The position numbers and the translations under genes were made by a program. From assembly GCF_000002075.1 (NCBI RefSeq), contig NW_004797325.1, positions 800,550 to 864,427 of the forward strand: 63,878 nt of DNA, given 5' to 3'. Each line of letters begins with the position of its first letter. The first letter of the stretch is position 1. This DNA is from Aplysia californica. Taxonomy: Eukaryota. The notes beneath the pieces were generated by a model that was not told the DNA's origin, did no database searches, and saw nothing but the letters and a program-made list of their open reading frames with translations. Shown here piece after piece: positions 34,897 to 47,656 of the stretch.

Positions 34897-35606
34897 TTGT
34901 TTTAGTAAGAGTTTTACGGTGCTCGCAACTGCATATGATAAGGTCATATGAGCGCGTGAAACACAAGTTGGTTGCATACACAGTTCACTGCACAGCTGGG
35001 CTCGGGTCAACGATCAGATTTAAAATACTAAGAACTTGAGATAAAAATAACAGTTTAGAAATGATTACCGGCTTCAAATCAAAATATACCTGTTGGGGCC
35101 TATTTACAATTTACTGTAAAGGCCAATGGCCTTTTATAAAATCAAGGATTCTGTAGGGATCAATGACGTAAAACAGATCTTGCAATTTTTTGCATTTAAA
35201 GTATATCCATAGGATCTCTCCGAAGTCTAGACATTCTGTTAAAATGTGTCTAATGGTAAAATCTGTGTTATGTCGCATCCGACACAGAACAGCTTCTCAT
35301 CTCCCTGAAGGAGGTACAAATGTATTTATGTGTCAGGGATGTGTGTCTGATGCGTAATCGAGAAAAAATGACTTCGTCTCTTCTGGAGAGGCCCGAAGAT
35401 TTTCATGGACCCAGTTTGGGCGTAATGTTGTGGAGTTTGTTGTTGGGTTGTTTCTTCCAATGTGCCTCCCACAGACTGGAGGTGTAGTTTTTTACCTTAT
35501 TTTTTAAAGTCAGTATGTGGGAGAGTGTTTGTCGTTGATCCCAACAGGAGGGACAAGGATTCCATCACCAGGAGATCCACCTGCTCGTTTCCTTGAATGC
35601 CCACAT
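34897..35606 (-). mobile_element. RNase H-containing I/Nimb-type LINE 3' fragment
   Basis: Minus strand encodes HVGIQGNEQVDLL (RNase H end), RLRIRHTSLTH and C..C...TIRHILTEC (zinc knuckle), then a 3' UTR and tail. Confidence 0.85.
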
Positions 35607-35698
35607 GTGGTCATAAAACCAGTAAGAGTAGACTTTGGCCACCACCTTGGCAAAATTCTAAATAAGTTCCAATTAAACTAAATTTGCTTTTAATGTGT

Positions 35699-35876
35699 GT
35701 TGGTGGTTGGCGGTTGCTCTGGTGTGGTTTGCGACTTCTTTCCTATCAAACATCTATTGTCCTTATCTCCCCTCATTCTATTTTGTGTTTGTTACTCCCT
35801 TGTAACACCGCTAATCTTCGGCACTTAAATGACCTTATTGTGTTGCAAGTGCCACAAAACTCTTACTAAAAAAAAA
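35699..35876 (+). mobile_element. Short retroposon family A nested in a Meta-like SINE
   Basis: Flanked by TTAATGTGT direct repeats. Confidence 0.85.
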
Positions 35877-36655
35877 GCTTAATGTGTTCTGTGCGCTCAT
35901 ATATGACCGTATACAATTGCAAGCGCTGTAAAACACTTTAAAAAAACAAACGACTTTCATTGTAACAGAAAAATACAGTCTAGCATTCACGTTGGGAATA
36001 CATGAATGCACTTACCGATTTACCCATTTCGAAGCAGATTTGCAAGAAAGGATTGGCCCTCTTGGTTCTGACGACCATGGGGCATTGTTGCAAGTTATCT
36101 GTAACATGCAACTGTTTACAGATCCCATCAAGAGCTAGATCTAGAGAAGTGACCTGAAAGAGTCTCTCATCAAACCTAATAAAGCTTGGGCGTGGTTGCC
36201 CTCATAACATCCAGTGTACTCTTACACCCTACAGTATGCTGTGTTGGCTTCTACTGCTATGGAAAAGAACTGGTTGTGCTTTCATTTTCAGTTCACCAGC
36301 TTGTACAACACCAAAAGTAAATGCCCGCAATACCAGTTCCTCATTATACAAAGAGAAAACAGCAAGCTGTGGCCTACCAGACACTGTAGTTCTCGTGTCA
36401 TGAGTCCAGCATTCATAATGTACGTATTGCGCCATTTTCAACGTTATTTGCTGTATCCTACAACTACAGCATGGCACTAGAAGGAGAGACAGACCCTGTC
36501 ATTCTTCAAATTAATGTCATAACCGTGCCCCCCCCCCCCCCCCCTTTTCAGATTTGAGCAAAAATGCCTTTAATGTAAATGCAAGACAGGCTTAACAGAT
36601 GACACACTACCGTAGGAAATTTCACTAAGTCAAAGTTAGGGTAGATCTACATACT

Positions 36656-36922
36656 TATCGTCGCTGTCGTGATAAGATTGGATGAGGGACATTGTATAAA
36701 TTTTCAGAAAAAGGTAAAAAAACCCAACTAATTTCCTAAAATTAAAAGGACGTCTAAGTGTTATCCGATTTTCATGCTGTTTTAAGAGAATCTACTTTCA
36801 GCTGTTTAGTTTATATCAAATTTCTTACCAGCACATGAAACATACTTTGTAAAGTACATTTCGCGAAAAGAGCAAAATCGAAAATTTTTAATTGATCCGA
36901 TCTTATCACAATCACAACAATA
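36656..36922. mobile_element. MITE with imperfect TIR (GTGATAAGAT(T/C)GGAT core)
   Basis: Inverted repeats at 36656-36683 and 36895-36922. Confidence 0.65.
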
Positions 36923-37099
36923 TGGTATTGTAAAGGGGGGTTCTGTCTTGCAAATGACACGAGGGAGCGGCAAACTTATCAGCTCTGGTTACAATTTGGA
37001 GACCCCAAAATTCGTCTTATTTCCTCTATCTTTTTCCACCACCACCACTGGATCGATAACAACATCCATACCTTTGTTGTTCCATGGTTACGTTCTCCT

Positions 37100-37722
37100 T
37101 TAGTAGTTTTTGTAAGAGTTTTACAGCACTCGCAACTGCATCATAATATTCATATGGTCATACGAGGACGTGAAAAAAAGTTGGTTCTATTCGCAACAGT
37201 TCAATGCACAGCCCGATTCTAGTCAACACCTCCAATAAAATGCTAAAATACAAAAAATTTGTTGTAAATTAATTCTTAATTTAAAATAACTTTTTAAATA
37301 ACATTACATGCCACCATGTTATTTACAATTTTCCATAAAGGCCCTTAGCTTTATCAAATCAAGGATTTTGTTGGGATCAACAATGGAAAACAGGTCTTGC
37401 AATTTTTTGCATCTAAAATACACTGTATTTCGTTCGGGTCTCTCCGAAGTCTAGACATTCTGTAAAAATGAGTCTTTACTTTAGTTTTAGTAGAGGTTTT
37501 ACGGCGCTCGCAATTGCATAAGGTCATATGAGTGCCAGAAGATTAGAGGTGTTACAAGAGAGTAACAAACATAAAAAAGAAGAAGGGGAGATAAGGACGA
37601 TAGATGTTCGATAGGAAAGAAGGAGGAAACCACAAAGGAGCACCCGCCAACCACCCACTAAAAAATGTGTTTAATGGTAAAATCTGTATCGCATCCATTA
37701 CAAAACGGTTTCTCATTTTCTT
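37100..37722 (-). mobile_element. Second I/Nimb LINE 3' fragment, interrupted by a family-A retroposon
   Basis: Collinear with 34905-35300 on both sides of the 37480-37658 insertion. Confidence 0.8.
37476..37658 (-). mobile_element. Short retroposon family A nested in a LINE fragment
   Basis: Flanked by AAAAATG(A/T)GT direct repeats. Confidence 0.85.
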
Positions 37723-38628
37723 CGACGTAACATGCAGTGCATAACTTCTTTCAGTTTAGAAACTAACTACACACAGAACAGGTTGCCACAAAGATAAACC
37801 ACCAGTTGGACGAAACCCTCCCCCAACCTCCCCCTTAAAGTTCTGTCAATCACAAAGTCCACCAGACCTGGGGGGGAAACAGCGTCTGTTGTTTAGCAGT
37901 AAGGCTCTTTGCCATTGCTTGTAGAAAATGTGAGTTCGATTCGCAAGAGGGTAGGGCGTTTTTAAATGGAGTATTTAAATCTGTTTGTTGGGAAGTCGTA
38001 TCCCTTCCCTCCTTATTCATCGTACCTTTGGGGGGGGGGGGGGGGGGGGGTATGAAACAGCATAATTTTTTTCCAGACTCATTCAACCTTGAACATCCAT
38101 GAACATGGAAACCTATTGCATAATTGTGGCCATCTAACATATCCCTGTTCACCAGTGTCACAGGTGACATTTAGTTCAACAAGTTATCCTTTTAAAACAC
38201 ACAATATTTGACCTACCCTCTCCCTTTCTTTCATTGTGTCTGTCTGCCTATCTTAACTATCTAGAAAGTCGCGAGTCCAAATAAAAAATTCAAAACTGTA
38301 GTTAATTTACAATATTGTTTATTTGGATTCTGTTTTTTAAATAATGAATGATACAAAAAAACAGATGAAATAATCTTCGTAATAAAAAAAGATACAGTAC
38401 AAATATTTCAAGATTTTGAGACTGCACATTTTTCAAAAGTGCAAAACCAGCCATCTTTAAAACACAAAATGAAATAACTTTAAAAACTCAAAATGGTCAT
38501 ATTCCCCTCATGTGTAGGACAATGTTATCCAAACAAGACATTAAAACAATGTTATACTTATAACTTATACTCAGCCCTGATAATTGATAAAGCACCAACT
38601 TCATGCTTGTCCCATGGTTGGCAGTTTA

Positions 38629-38860
38629 TGTGAAGCGTGCTGACAAAACGAGTTACTTCTCAGATTCAAACCTTAAAGAAATAGATACATCACGCATGTG
38701 AAATTTTTACAGTTCATAAGTATGGAACAATAAGACAGGTTCTAGTTAAAGAATGTGGCATCAATAGAAAATCTACAAGTTTGACTCTAATGTCGATTTT
38801 TGGCCAATATCTCCATTTGTGGATTGCGAGAAGTAACTCATTTTGTCAGCATGCCTCACA
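38629..38860. mobile_element. MITE, same family as 13418
   Basis: TIRs and internal sequence collinear. Confidence 0.85.
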
Positions 38861-39109
38861 TATATTATAATGAAGTTTGACAGTAACAGTAACAGAGTAA
38901 AAATCTCTGTGAATAATTCCATTCCACAAAGCATCAACCCAACACAAAAACAAAAATTAAAACATTACAAAGGAAGAAAAAGACTCATGAACAACTGAAC
39001 AGAAACTTCAAAATCCATGACTAGATAGGAAGAAGTTCATAAGGAGAAAGTCCATGACGACAGAAAAAAGTTCATACGAAAAAAAAAGAGGTTTTTTTTG
39101 TTTGTTTTT

Positions 39110-39770
39110 TAGTTTTTAAATAGTAGAGGGTTTTACGGCACTCGCAACTGCATAAGGTCATTTGAGCGCCAAGGGGTGGATGTCAACAGAGAAGTCTTTA
39201 CAGGAAATCTGACTTATTCTGCTCACCTCTCTAGCTTCAACAGCACAAGGTCTGTGTGGTGTAAACGCACCTTAGGAATAGAAGGACATGTAGCATGAAC
39301 ACACCTTATTAATAATTATTGTGACGTAGGCCTAAGGGACATATCACGTGACTGTGTTTTCGTGCAAGCGGCGGGAAATCTGAAGGTCACTCTCTCACTG
39401 AAGCCGAAGCGAGTAACATCGGCTAACGAAAAACTAGCAGACGACTAGCAGGTGGGGCCCCACCAACATCAACTATCATCTAGATCTACTACTCCAAGAC
39501 TCAAGTAAGTCATAACATAACAGTCTGCTTCGACTATCAAGGCACCCCGGAAATAGCAGGTCACAAGAAAGTGACCAACATACAAAAGAAGTAGGGGAAA
39601 AAATGACAATAGTGAGGATTAGGAATGAAAAAGCAGCAGTTCCCTGTTGTAGATCAGGCAGTTATGAGCGTGACATGAATCAGCTCATTTACAATTCTAA
39701 TTCTACTGTGCTTGAATGAGAAATGTCCCCCTTTGGGAATGGCCTAAAGACACTACAGTCAGTAGCACTA
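39110..39770 (-). mobile_element. Retroposon family B copy interrupted by a solo LTR
   Basis: Homologous to 15478-15868 on both sides of 39255-39522. Confidence 0.8.
39255..39522. mobile_element. Solo LTR-like insertion (268 bp)
   Basis: TGT...ACA termini, 5-bp TSD GTCTG (39250-39254, 39523-39527); absent from the paralogous family-B copy. Confidence 0.75.
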
Positions 39771-39899
39771 CCCCGGGGGGCAAAAAAAAAAAAAGTTTGT
39801 ATTAGAGTCAACAACTAATTGGAACTGTTGTCTTATCCACTTAAGGAGAAAAAAAATAGTACACCTCAACCAGTTCACAAACAAAAGGAGAAAATAAGG

Positions 39900-40142
39900 T
39901 GCAAAAGCAAAAGTACACGATCTATGAAATAAATGGTTACGGTTGATAAGACTAAATCAAATAAATTTATTGTTATTGTCTAACACGCACATAACAAACA
40001 GATTTTCAGGTGCCAAAATATTTTGCAAAAGAAAAGTAGGCCTACATGATCCATGAAATAAATTGTTGAAGTTGATAAGACTAAATCAAATATATTGTCT
40101 AACACTCACATCGTAACAAACAGATTTTCAGGTGCCAAAATT
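39900..40142. repeat. ~120-bp tandem duplication
   Basis: GCAAAAG...TTGATAAGACTAAATCAAATA...CAGATTTTCAGGTGCCAAAA occurs twice. Confidence 0.85.
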
Positions 40143-40999
40143 TGTTTATTCTATTCTTTGTACATGTATTTAAAATACACAAGGCATAGTGTACATAGGG
40201 TAAGACCTCGCTTATTAATTATTAATTTTGCCTCCCCTACCTTGGTTTCCCGAAGCAGCCATTATGAAAGAGAGAGAGATTAGGGGGGGGGGGGCATGGT
40301 TGTGTGTACGCCACTGACTTCCCTTTAGACCTAAACTAAATCCACGGAAATTGTGTAGGCTAAAGAAGTATAGTGGTAGACAAAGCTTGCACACTCCAAT
40401 TGTGTGTGGAGAGTCTGTGGTCCAGGCGTTACAGAGTAGACCATGGCAGAGGGGAAAAAAAAGGCAAAAGCAGAAAAGCATCTTGATCGAGGGAAAACAA
40501 CCGATCCTAGCCGGGCCAATAAAAACAATTCAACTTTAAAGCTGACTTTATCGAAGAGAAAGCACAGCACACACAAACTGCAGTTACTGAAAGAGGTAGA
40601 CGAAAATAAACTTTTTAAAAAAATGTGCTGCAAACATGGCATTCCCAACCCAAAGTTGTAAGAGCAATCTTTCCAAACAAAAAACACAGCTAAAACTAAA
40701 ACCAAAGAAAATCCAGCAGTTTCACAGATTTAAACAGACTCCACTGTAATGACTTTGTTCCTTTTTGTGCATTTATTTTATGTCTTAACCACAACATGAA
40801 CTGCATGCCTGATATAATTATGCACAGGTTTGATGATAGAAAAGGACAGGGTTGGGTCAGCTAGAATACAAAAATCAAACTTAGATTATGAGCTTTAACG
40901 ACAAGAAATACACATTTGCAAAAAACACAGGATCAAGTCTGGACTGATTCAACACATTAACAATAAACTTCAATAAACAGATCACTTTTTCACACTTGT

Positions 41000-41965
41000 C
41001 TAGAGTAGGTTGGGGCACATTCGGCTATGGGGCAACTTTGATAGGCTCAACATAGGCCTCCTTAAGCAAATCATTTGATGCCCGTCTCCTGACAAGATTA
41101 AAGCCCACTCGTATCGTTGCACAGTTGATTCTTTCTAAAAAATAAAATTTGTACTTCTTTGGTTCTGTTTTTCAGTAGGTCAGACTCAGCTGAAGATGGA
41201 ATACACAAGCTTTAGCTTTCAAGGGCTACGCCTTACCACTAGGCAGCCATGAAAGTAGGTTCCATTTTTTGCTATATGAGTGTTTTTGTTTTACTGATCA
41301 TAATATATTTGCCTCCAGGCAAAATGATGTAGCCAAAGCTCTCCTGTGAGACATGGGAGGCTGCCAAAGGCTTGATCAGAGTGGCAACGGAACATTTGGA
41401 ACCATCAAACACAATTCAGAAACATATTATTTATTTGCATATTTCATTGTGTATTGTGCAATTTGTTGCCTCCTTTTTAAAGTTTCAGATTTAAAAAAAC
41501 TGAACTTTAAAATTTAGAGTTTTTCCCTAAATGTAAGTGTTTTTACACCCCCATAATGGTTCATTTAGGAGGTGGGCTTCCTATTCAGAGCCAACCCAGG
41601 CGGAGAGGGATATAACATTCCATCAAAAAGCTACAGAACCCCACACTGTCTTGTGTTGTGGAGGCACCTGCAGGGGAAACAATGGAGACAGAACTTCCAC
41701 TTCCACAAGAATTCAGTCTCTGAAATCCACAGAGATCATGGCTATGGCAGGGGAGCAAGGGCGAACCACAGACTGAAAGTGTGAGGATAATCTTATGGAG
41801 GATGAAGACATGTTCTTCCTTCTGAAGCTCCGGTGGGACACTCCGTCAGTCCCCACGGCACCGAGAATTATTCTGTTTGAAGCCAGGCCGAAGGTTGATA
41901 TTCAAAATATCAAGGAACAGAATCTCTGAAACCATTGCTCTCCTAACCACTATCTTTCAAGTCAT
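41000..41965 (+). mobile_element. Possible pogo/Fot1-like DNA transposon 5' remnant
   Basis: GGGGCA subterminal motifs at 41012 and 41029; weak HTH-like peptide (IRVATEHLEPSNTIQKH) near 41375. Confidence 0.25.
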
Positions 41966-42389
41966 NNNNNNNNNNNNNNNNNNNNNNNNNNNNNNNNNNN
42001 NNNNNNNNNNNNNNNNNNNNNNNNNNNNNNNNNNNNNNNNNNNNNNNNNNNNNNNNNNNNNNNNNNNNNNNNNNNNNNNNNNNNNNNNNNNNNNNNNNNN
42101 NNNNNNNNNNNNNNNNNNNNNNNNNNNNNNNNNNNNNNNNNNNNNNNNNNNNNNNNNNNNNNNNNNNNNNNNNNNNNNNNNNNNNNNNNNNNNNNNNNNN
42201 NNNNNNNNNNNNNNNNNNNNNNNNNNNNNNNNNNNNNNNNNNNNNNNNNNNNNNNNNNNNNNNNNNNNNNNNNNNNNNNNNNNNNNNNNNNNNNNNGGGG
42301 GGGTTCAGCCTTGCACTGCTCATCTGATAACTGTCATGGCTCTGAGTCGTTTTGGGACAACAAAACAGTCAAAACTGCAAGAGTGTTTA

Positions 42390-42717
42390 GGTCTTTCGGT
42401 CCATTCTACTGTGGACTGGCAATCTTTTTAAAGCGAGGTGACAGAGGAGTGGCCGCACAATCAGGAGCCCCATAGATGGTGGTGAAATGGAAGTAGAGAT
42501 TGACGAGACACTAATTGTGAGGGAAAAATATGAGCCAGCATTGAGCGAGAGTCCAAGCAAAGTTTTGTGGTCGCTCTAAGGAGAAAAGGAATGACAAGAA
42601 TCCTCTCATTCCTATTACCAAAAAATTCATTGTGCCTGGATCTATTATTTACAATGATTCTTGGGCAGCCTGCAGAGACCTCAGGGAACATTTTTACACA
42701 CACTATGCTATAAACCA
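42390..42717 (+). pseudogene. Merlin/ISXO2-like (IS1595 family) transposase fragment
   Basis: STVDW.SF, GG..VEIDET....KY, IERES, LIP..KKFIVPGSIIYNDSWAA, THYAINH. Confidence 0.8.
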
Positions 42718-42721
42718 TTAA

Positions 42722-43660
42722 CTCTTTCCGGTGCCTCAGTTTTGTTTCGTTTTATCGTGATCTGTCATTTACTTCGGTGCACAAACTGTCTACAACCCTG
42801 AGACTGACCCAACATCGTCTCACGCCGTCAAAGCGTTTTCAACACTGCTAGAAGATCTGCCTGGCCGCCCCCATCTGTATGCTGACAGATTTTACACCTC
42901 ACTGCCTCTCATCAAGTACCTTCGTCCACAAGGAAAAAACTTCACAGGTACGGTGAATTCTAACCGGAGCGGCCTGCCACCACAGCTCAAGGAGTAGCCG
43001 ACACAGTTCGGAACACCTCGTTGGTTTACCGATGAAACAAAAGAAGTCCTCTGTGTGTCCTGGAAGGACAAAAAATTTTTTAAAACCCTGCATCGTCCTC
43101 ACCACACATGGCAGCTCTACCTATGAGGAATGACAAGAGGGTGATCGAGCGGTGGGCAAGCCATCTCCCATTCACGCTTACTTACAATATGAGCATGAAC
43201 GGCTGCGACCGCATGGACCAAATGGTGTCATATTATGCCAATCACTCTAGGAAGACCATCAAGTGGTGGAAGAAAGTTTTCACCTGGATCCTGGAGGTGG
43301 CGCAAGTGAATGCGCATTTGCTATACCTCATGTCCCACCCCCACCGCTATGAAAAAAATGACGCTGGCCAATTTCAAGGACTCTATCATCACTGACCTCA
43401 TCGCCTTGTCCCGCCACAAGCTAAACTGATGTGCCTTCTGCGCTCTCTAGAAAACCAAGCAGGAAAAGCTCTCTGTCGCAGGTTGCCATGCTTGGCAGTG
43501 GTGAGAATCACCACCTCATTAACTACGATGGCGCTGTCCGACAATGCGTGTAGTACTCAAAAAACAAAATTCGTAAACACAGCAGTTTTTACTGCACCAG
43601 CTGTGTGCATAAGCCCCATCTGTGCCCCCAAGGCTGTTTTAGGGCTTACCACATCAACTT
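42722..43660 (+). pseudogene. piggyBac (PGBD4-like) transposase remnant, internally deleted
   Basis: TTAA+CTCTTT left end; HLYADRFYTS, GTVNSNR, WKDKK, YNMSMNGCDRMDQ, KWWKKVF, NAHLLY and a C-terminal Cys-rich HLCPQGCFRAYH across frameshifts and stops. Confidence 0.85.
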
Positions 43661-44271
43661 ATGTCACAGAAAGTGGGGTGGGGGAGGGGGATGGATACAT
43701 GTGTGTTCGTGGATTCTTTGGCTTCAGTAATTTCACCCTCAACGGAGCAATGTACCTTGACTTAGTTAAAATGCTAAGATAACTATATAAATGTACAAGT
43801 TATTGCTCCAGACGCAAGGATTTTACGAGAAAAGGGATCACGCCCAGGCCAGGTGTGAACTCCTCATCGACGTTTTTGATTTTGGCAAACATCGAACTCA
43901 CAATAAGAGCCTACCGCCTGAGCTTACAGCCAAGGCATGATTCGTCAGGTAGAGCCAACAAGGCCGCCTCATACCCATGTCCATCAAATTATCAGGGAGG
44001 CATGTAGAATAATATTATGTCAACATGATTGCCCATCACCATGAACGGCTGCTGAGTGATCGCTTCATTAATAAGGACAGAGGAACACAACGACACAAGC
44101 TAACAGACTGCACTATTCCTGCTTCAATAATAGAAAGTTTTCATCTCATTCGACAAGTCTAAAGGTGCTGTTATCTCTCTTTTTTATATCTGAAATTATT
44201 GTGCGCTCCACTTTGTGAAAAACAGGAAACAAAATTATTGTAATCAATAATAGGCCTATTATTATTTATAG

Positions 44272-44480
44272 ACCATGGCTATGAACATTACACTGTGAAT
44301 CACAGTCAGGAGTTCAAAAATGCAGAGACAGGCGCCCATATAAACCATATTGAGAAAACTGGGAATCAACTCAAAGCTGTAAAAAAACATTCAGGGTATG
44401 CAAAAACTTTGATAAGCACGTACTTTAGTAAGTTAATTTTCCGGAGGAAATTCTTGAATGAATCTGAGGACCCTTTTTTG
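44272..44480 (+). pseudogene. Second Merlin/ISXO2-like transposase fragment (C-terminal)
   Basis: GYEHYTVNHSQEFKNAETGAHINHIE...TYFSKLIFRRKF. Confidence 0.8.
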
Positions 44481-45609
44481 AGTTCATTAAAGACGGCATC
44501 ACCCCTTCCCTGTTGTGCCGTCGGAATCTGAATCTCAAGCATCCGATTCAATTTATGTGGTTTTGTCTATTGGGAAATCGGATGAGGATGCTCCGGTTTT
44601 TTATTTGGGTGTAAATCTCGATGTTGATAGCAGCAGCTAGGACAGCTTAGCACCTTTTTTGGACCAAATATAAATAAGGTAAGTTGTGAGATATTTAATT
44701 GAGATTTACGATGGTTTAAAGGTCGGGGTAGTTGCCATTCGAAAAACCTTGAGTAAAATACAAACTATACACATTATTTGATTAAATGAGCTATTATGAC
44801 TAGGGGAGTATTCGAGTTGTAGTGATTGGTCATACACGCGTATGAATACTTCAATGTTGGAGGATGTAAACAAAGATGGCGAACGCAGGGACATTCGAGT
44901 GGATTTTGCAGATTCTTTTGTCGACTTTGGAGGCAGTGAGTGCTTTTATATCGTGTTTAGAACTCAAATTATGTTTTTTGGATGGATATTGTAGAAGACG
45001 TTTTAGTTGTTAAGTGGTTAATAGTTTTTCTTTACCATTTTGGGGGGAAATTAACACTTTTGCTGGCGTATTAATATTTTTCCCGATTTTTCTCTATTAT
45101 TTTACAGTATTGACCCGATCTGCTTGGATTTTACCAAGGCCTATTTTTCGAGTGACAGCACATTTTATCACCAACAATTTTGGGTCTAGAATCCAAGCCA
45201 CTTTCCAAATTGTTACGGCAATGCACAGGGATTCGAAATGGGGAAATTGACGGGCATGATGAAAAAATATTGAATTATAATGTTTTTTGAGATTCTATTA
45301 GAAAAAAAATATATGGGGAACATTCCCAAGCCCAATGGTCTAAAAGCCCCAAAACGTACCAAAAGTACTGTACTAAAAAATGACTTTGAAGTAGGTAGGG
45401 GTCTTGACATTTTATAAAACAGAGAGAAATTTGCTCAACTTTGAACCTTAGCAACGAATGTTCAAGCAAGTTGAACGTATTATGTTTGGTATCGTTTGAA
45501 AGCTCTCCATTTGAGCTATTCAATCCCGCCACTGCCGGTCGTGACCGCCGATACCGTGGGAGTCCCCTTTGTTAGAAGTGAGTACCCCATTCATAAAAAA
45601 TTGAAAGCT

Positions 45610-45720
45610 GATTGGTCGAGACCGCTTGATCACGTGAAAACTTGATTCTCATTGGAAGAGCGCCCGAGAAATGGGGTTACACTATCCCAGAGTGCATCAC
45701 TACGTAAACAACAATGGCGC
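45610..45720 (+). promoter_or_regulatory. Putative transposase promoter: two inverted CCAAT boxes, E-box CACGTG, YY1-like ATGGCG
   Basis: ATTGG at ~45611 and ~45651, CACGTG at 45631, AACAATGGCG at ~45710, upstream of the transposase remnant. Confidence 0.35.
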
Positions 45721-46269
45721 GCCTCAAACAGCTTTAGAGCATCGTCCTGCAAGTTGTTTTTCGCCTGTTCACTTTTCCTGACACGAAATATCGCAGGAAA
45801 GCAATAAGTATACTTTTGATTTTGATATTTTAGCCTATAGCTGTTGTCTCCTTATGCCTGCACTATCAGACAATTCGCCTTTACAACATTCTGCCACTAC
45901 TACAACATATTTTATTGTGTATTCTTGTCTTCTGTTTTGTCCGTGTTATGTGTGTCGACAGTATGATAGCCCTGCGTGTGCTTTGTCTTTGTGTTTAGTC
46001 TTAGTTCGATTATTTGGAAACAAAATAATTGAATGACATGGCGTTCCAACAATCCGTGTGGTCGGGAATCATACTAGAGAGACAATATGACAGGTTATTG
46101 ATTGCCTTTTGCCACACTAACCCACACTCGTGGGGTCCAGTCCTGTTTTATTTTCAATGCAATGAAGAAAGCGTGTTGTGTTGTGTTGGATGGAATAGAA
46201 AATGAAAGCTACGGACAGCCTATGCATCCCTGCATTAGTAAATGAAGATTCTTGCAATGAAAACATTTC

Positions 46270-47656
46270 TTCTTACACCTCACAGATGTGTGACAGCAGG
46301 GTGTTTGAAGTCAACCGCAGAGCTGTCGCTACAACATTAGCGACTGGCATGGGACTTTGCTGAGATGATTCAATTCTCACATGAAAGTAGTGAGAGAAGT
46401 CTCGTGTTTATTCTCAAAACATGCCGGATAAAGCGGTTGAAAAAGTCAAGTGTGCCTATCCAGAGGAGACTGGAGCAGTAAAAAACATTCACGTGTCGTA
46501 CGATGGTACCTGGCACAAGCGTGGACACACGTCAAAATCTGGAATCGGTTGTGTAATTGAAAGGACAGGTTTGGTGGTGGATTACCAACTTCTAACAACA
46601 TATTGTGCGACATGTACCATCACAGGTGAGAAGCTGAAGAGGGAGAGCCAGGAGAAGTACGACCGGTGGTTTACCGTTCATAAAGCAAATTGTGATGTGA
46701 ACTATGTAGGGACAAGTGGGGGCATGGAAAAGGAGGCAGCTTTGATTATGTGGCAAAGGTCAGTTGAGAGGCATGGCTTACGGTATATCTCAATGATCAG
46801 CGATGGAGACTGTAAAACAATTTCTGAAATTGAAAAGGTAGATCCTTACCCAGGCTTCACATTTGAAAAACAGGAGTGTATCAACCACGTAGGTAAAAGG
46901 ATGAGCACAAACCTGCACAACTTGGTGAAGGCAAAATCCAAAGAGAAGCCCAAAGTCACACTAGGGGGCAAAGGGTATGGAAAGATGAAACCCAAGGTCA
47001 TTGGAAAACTGCAGAAGTTTTATGCCAACGCCATACGTGGCAACAAGACAGTTGCAGATATGCGGCACGCCATCATGGCAACACTGGAGCACTGCCGTTC
47101 TACCGACAGCTCTCCGCACCATGACTTATGTCCACAGTGGAATGAGTCGTGGTGCTTCTACCAGAGAGCCATCGCTCAAGGTACTTCGTCACAACCACAC
47201 AAGGAGGCACTACACACACCCCTTAGCCAGGAAGTAGCAGAGGTCATAAGACCACTGTACGAGAGAATGTCGAGCGACGATCTGCTCTCACGCTGTGTCC
47301 TGCAGACGACCCAAAACACAAATGAGAGCGTGCATTCAGTCATCTGGGCACGATGCCCAAAACATATTTTTGCAACACGGCCGCGACTTGAGGTTGCTAT
47401 TTCTGTTGGGGTGGGAGAATTTAACTTTGGATCTGTTTAGTGCAGAGACTTTATTCGTAGTTTGAAATTGAGTGTGGGCAGCGAGACAAAGCGTTAAGGT
47501 TTGAAAAGGGACTGTCGTCAGCTGCAAAGAGCTAAAGATCGGAACTGTTCGAAAGCTAAGAGATGGAGAGAGACGAAAATGTTAGCAAAGCAGAGAGAGG
47601 AGGAGAGATTAAAAGTTGTGTATGGTGAGCTCTATACTCCAGAGGGAGGAGATTAG
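46270..47656 (+). pseudogene. Kolobok-like ('Mutator-like transposase' type) DDD/E transposase, disrupted
   Basis: Motifs FEVNRR, SYDGTWHKRGHTS, GTSGGME, SDGD, ECINHVGKRM, HCxSTD..CP..SWC, TQNTNES. In-frame stops at 47438 and ~47495 precede a basic tail ending YTPEGGD*; the N-terminal part is broken. Confidence 0.85.

Larger units (their letters stand above)
34549..35942 (+). mobile_element. tRNA-headed SINE with Meta-like core, split by two nested insertions
   Basis: A/B-box head (TGGTCTAG...GGTTCGAAACC), core TCGGATAAGG...AAGATCCC, resumes at 35607 and 35877, Nimb-type tail. Confidence 0.75.

Noticed and set aside
42390-44480. Single Merlin element cleanly split by piggyBac
   Set aside because: The two Merlin pieces overlap in the H..NH motif, and no right piggyBac TIR/TTAA was found.
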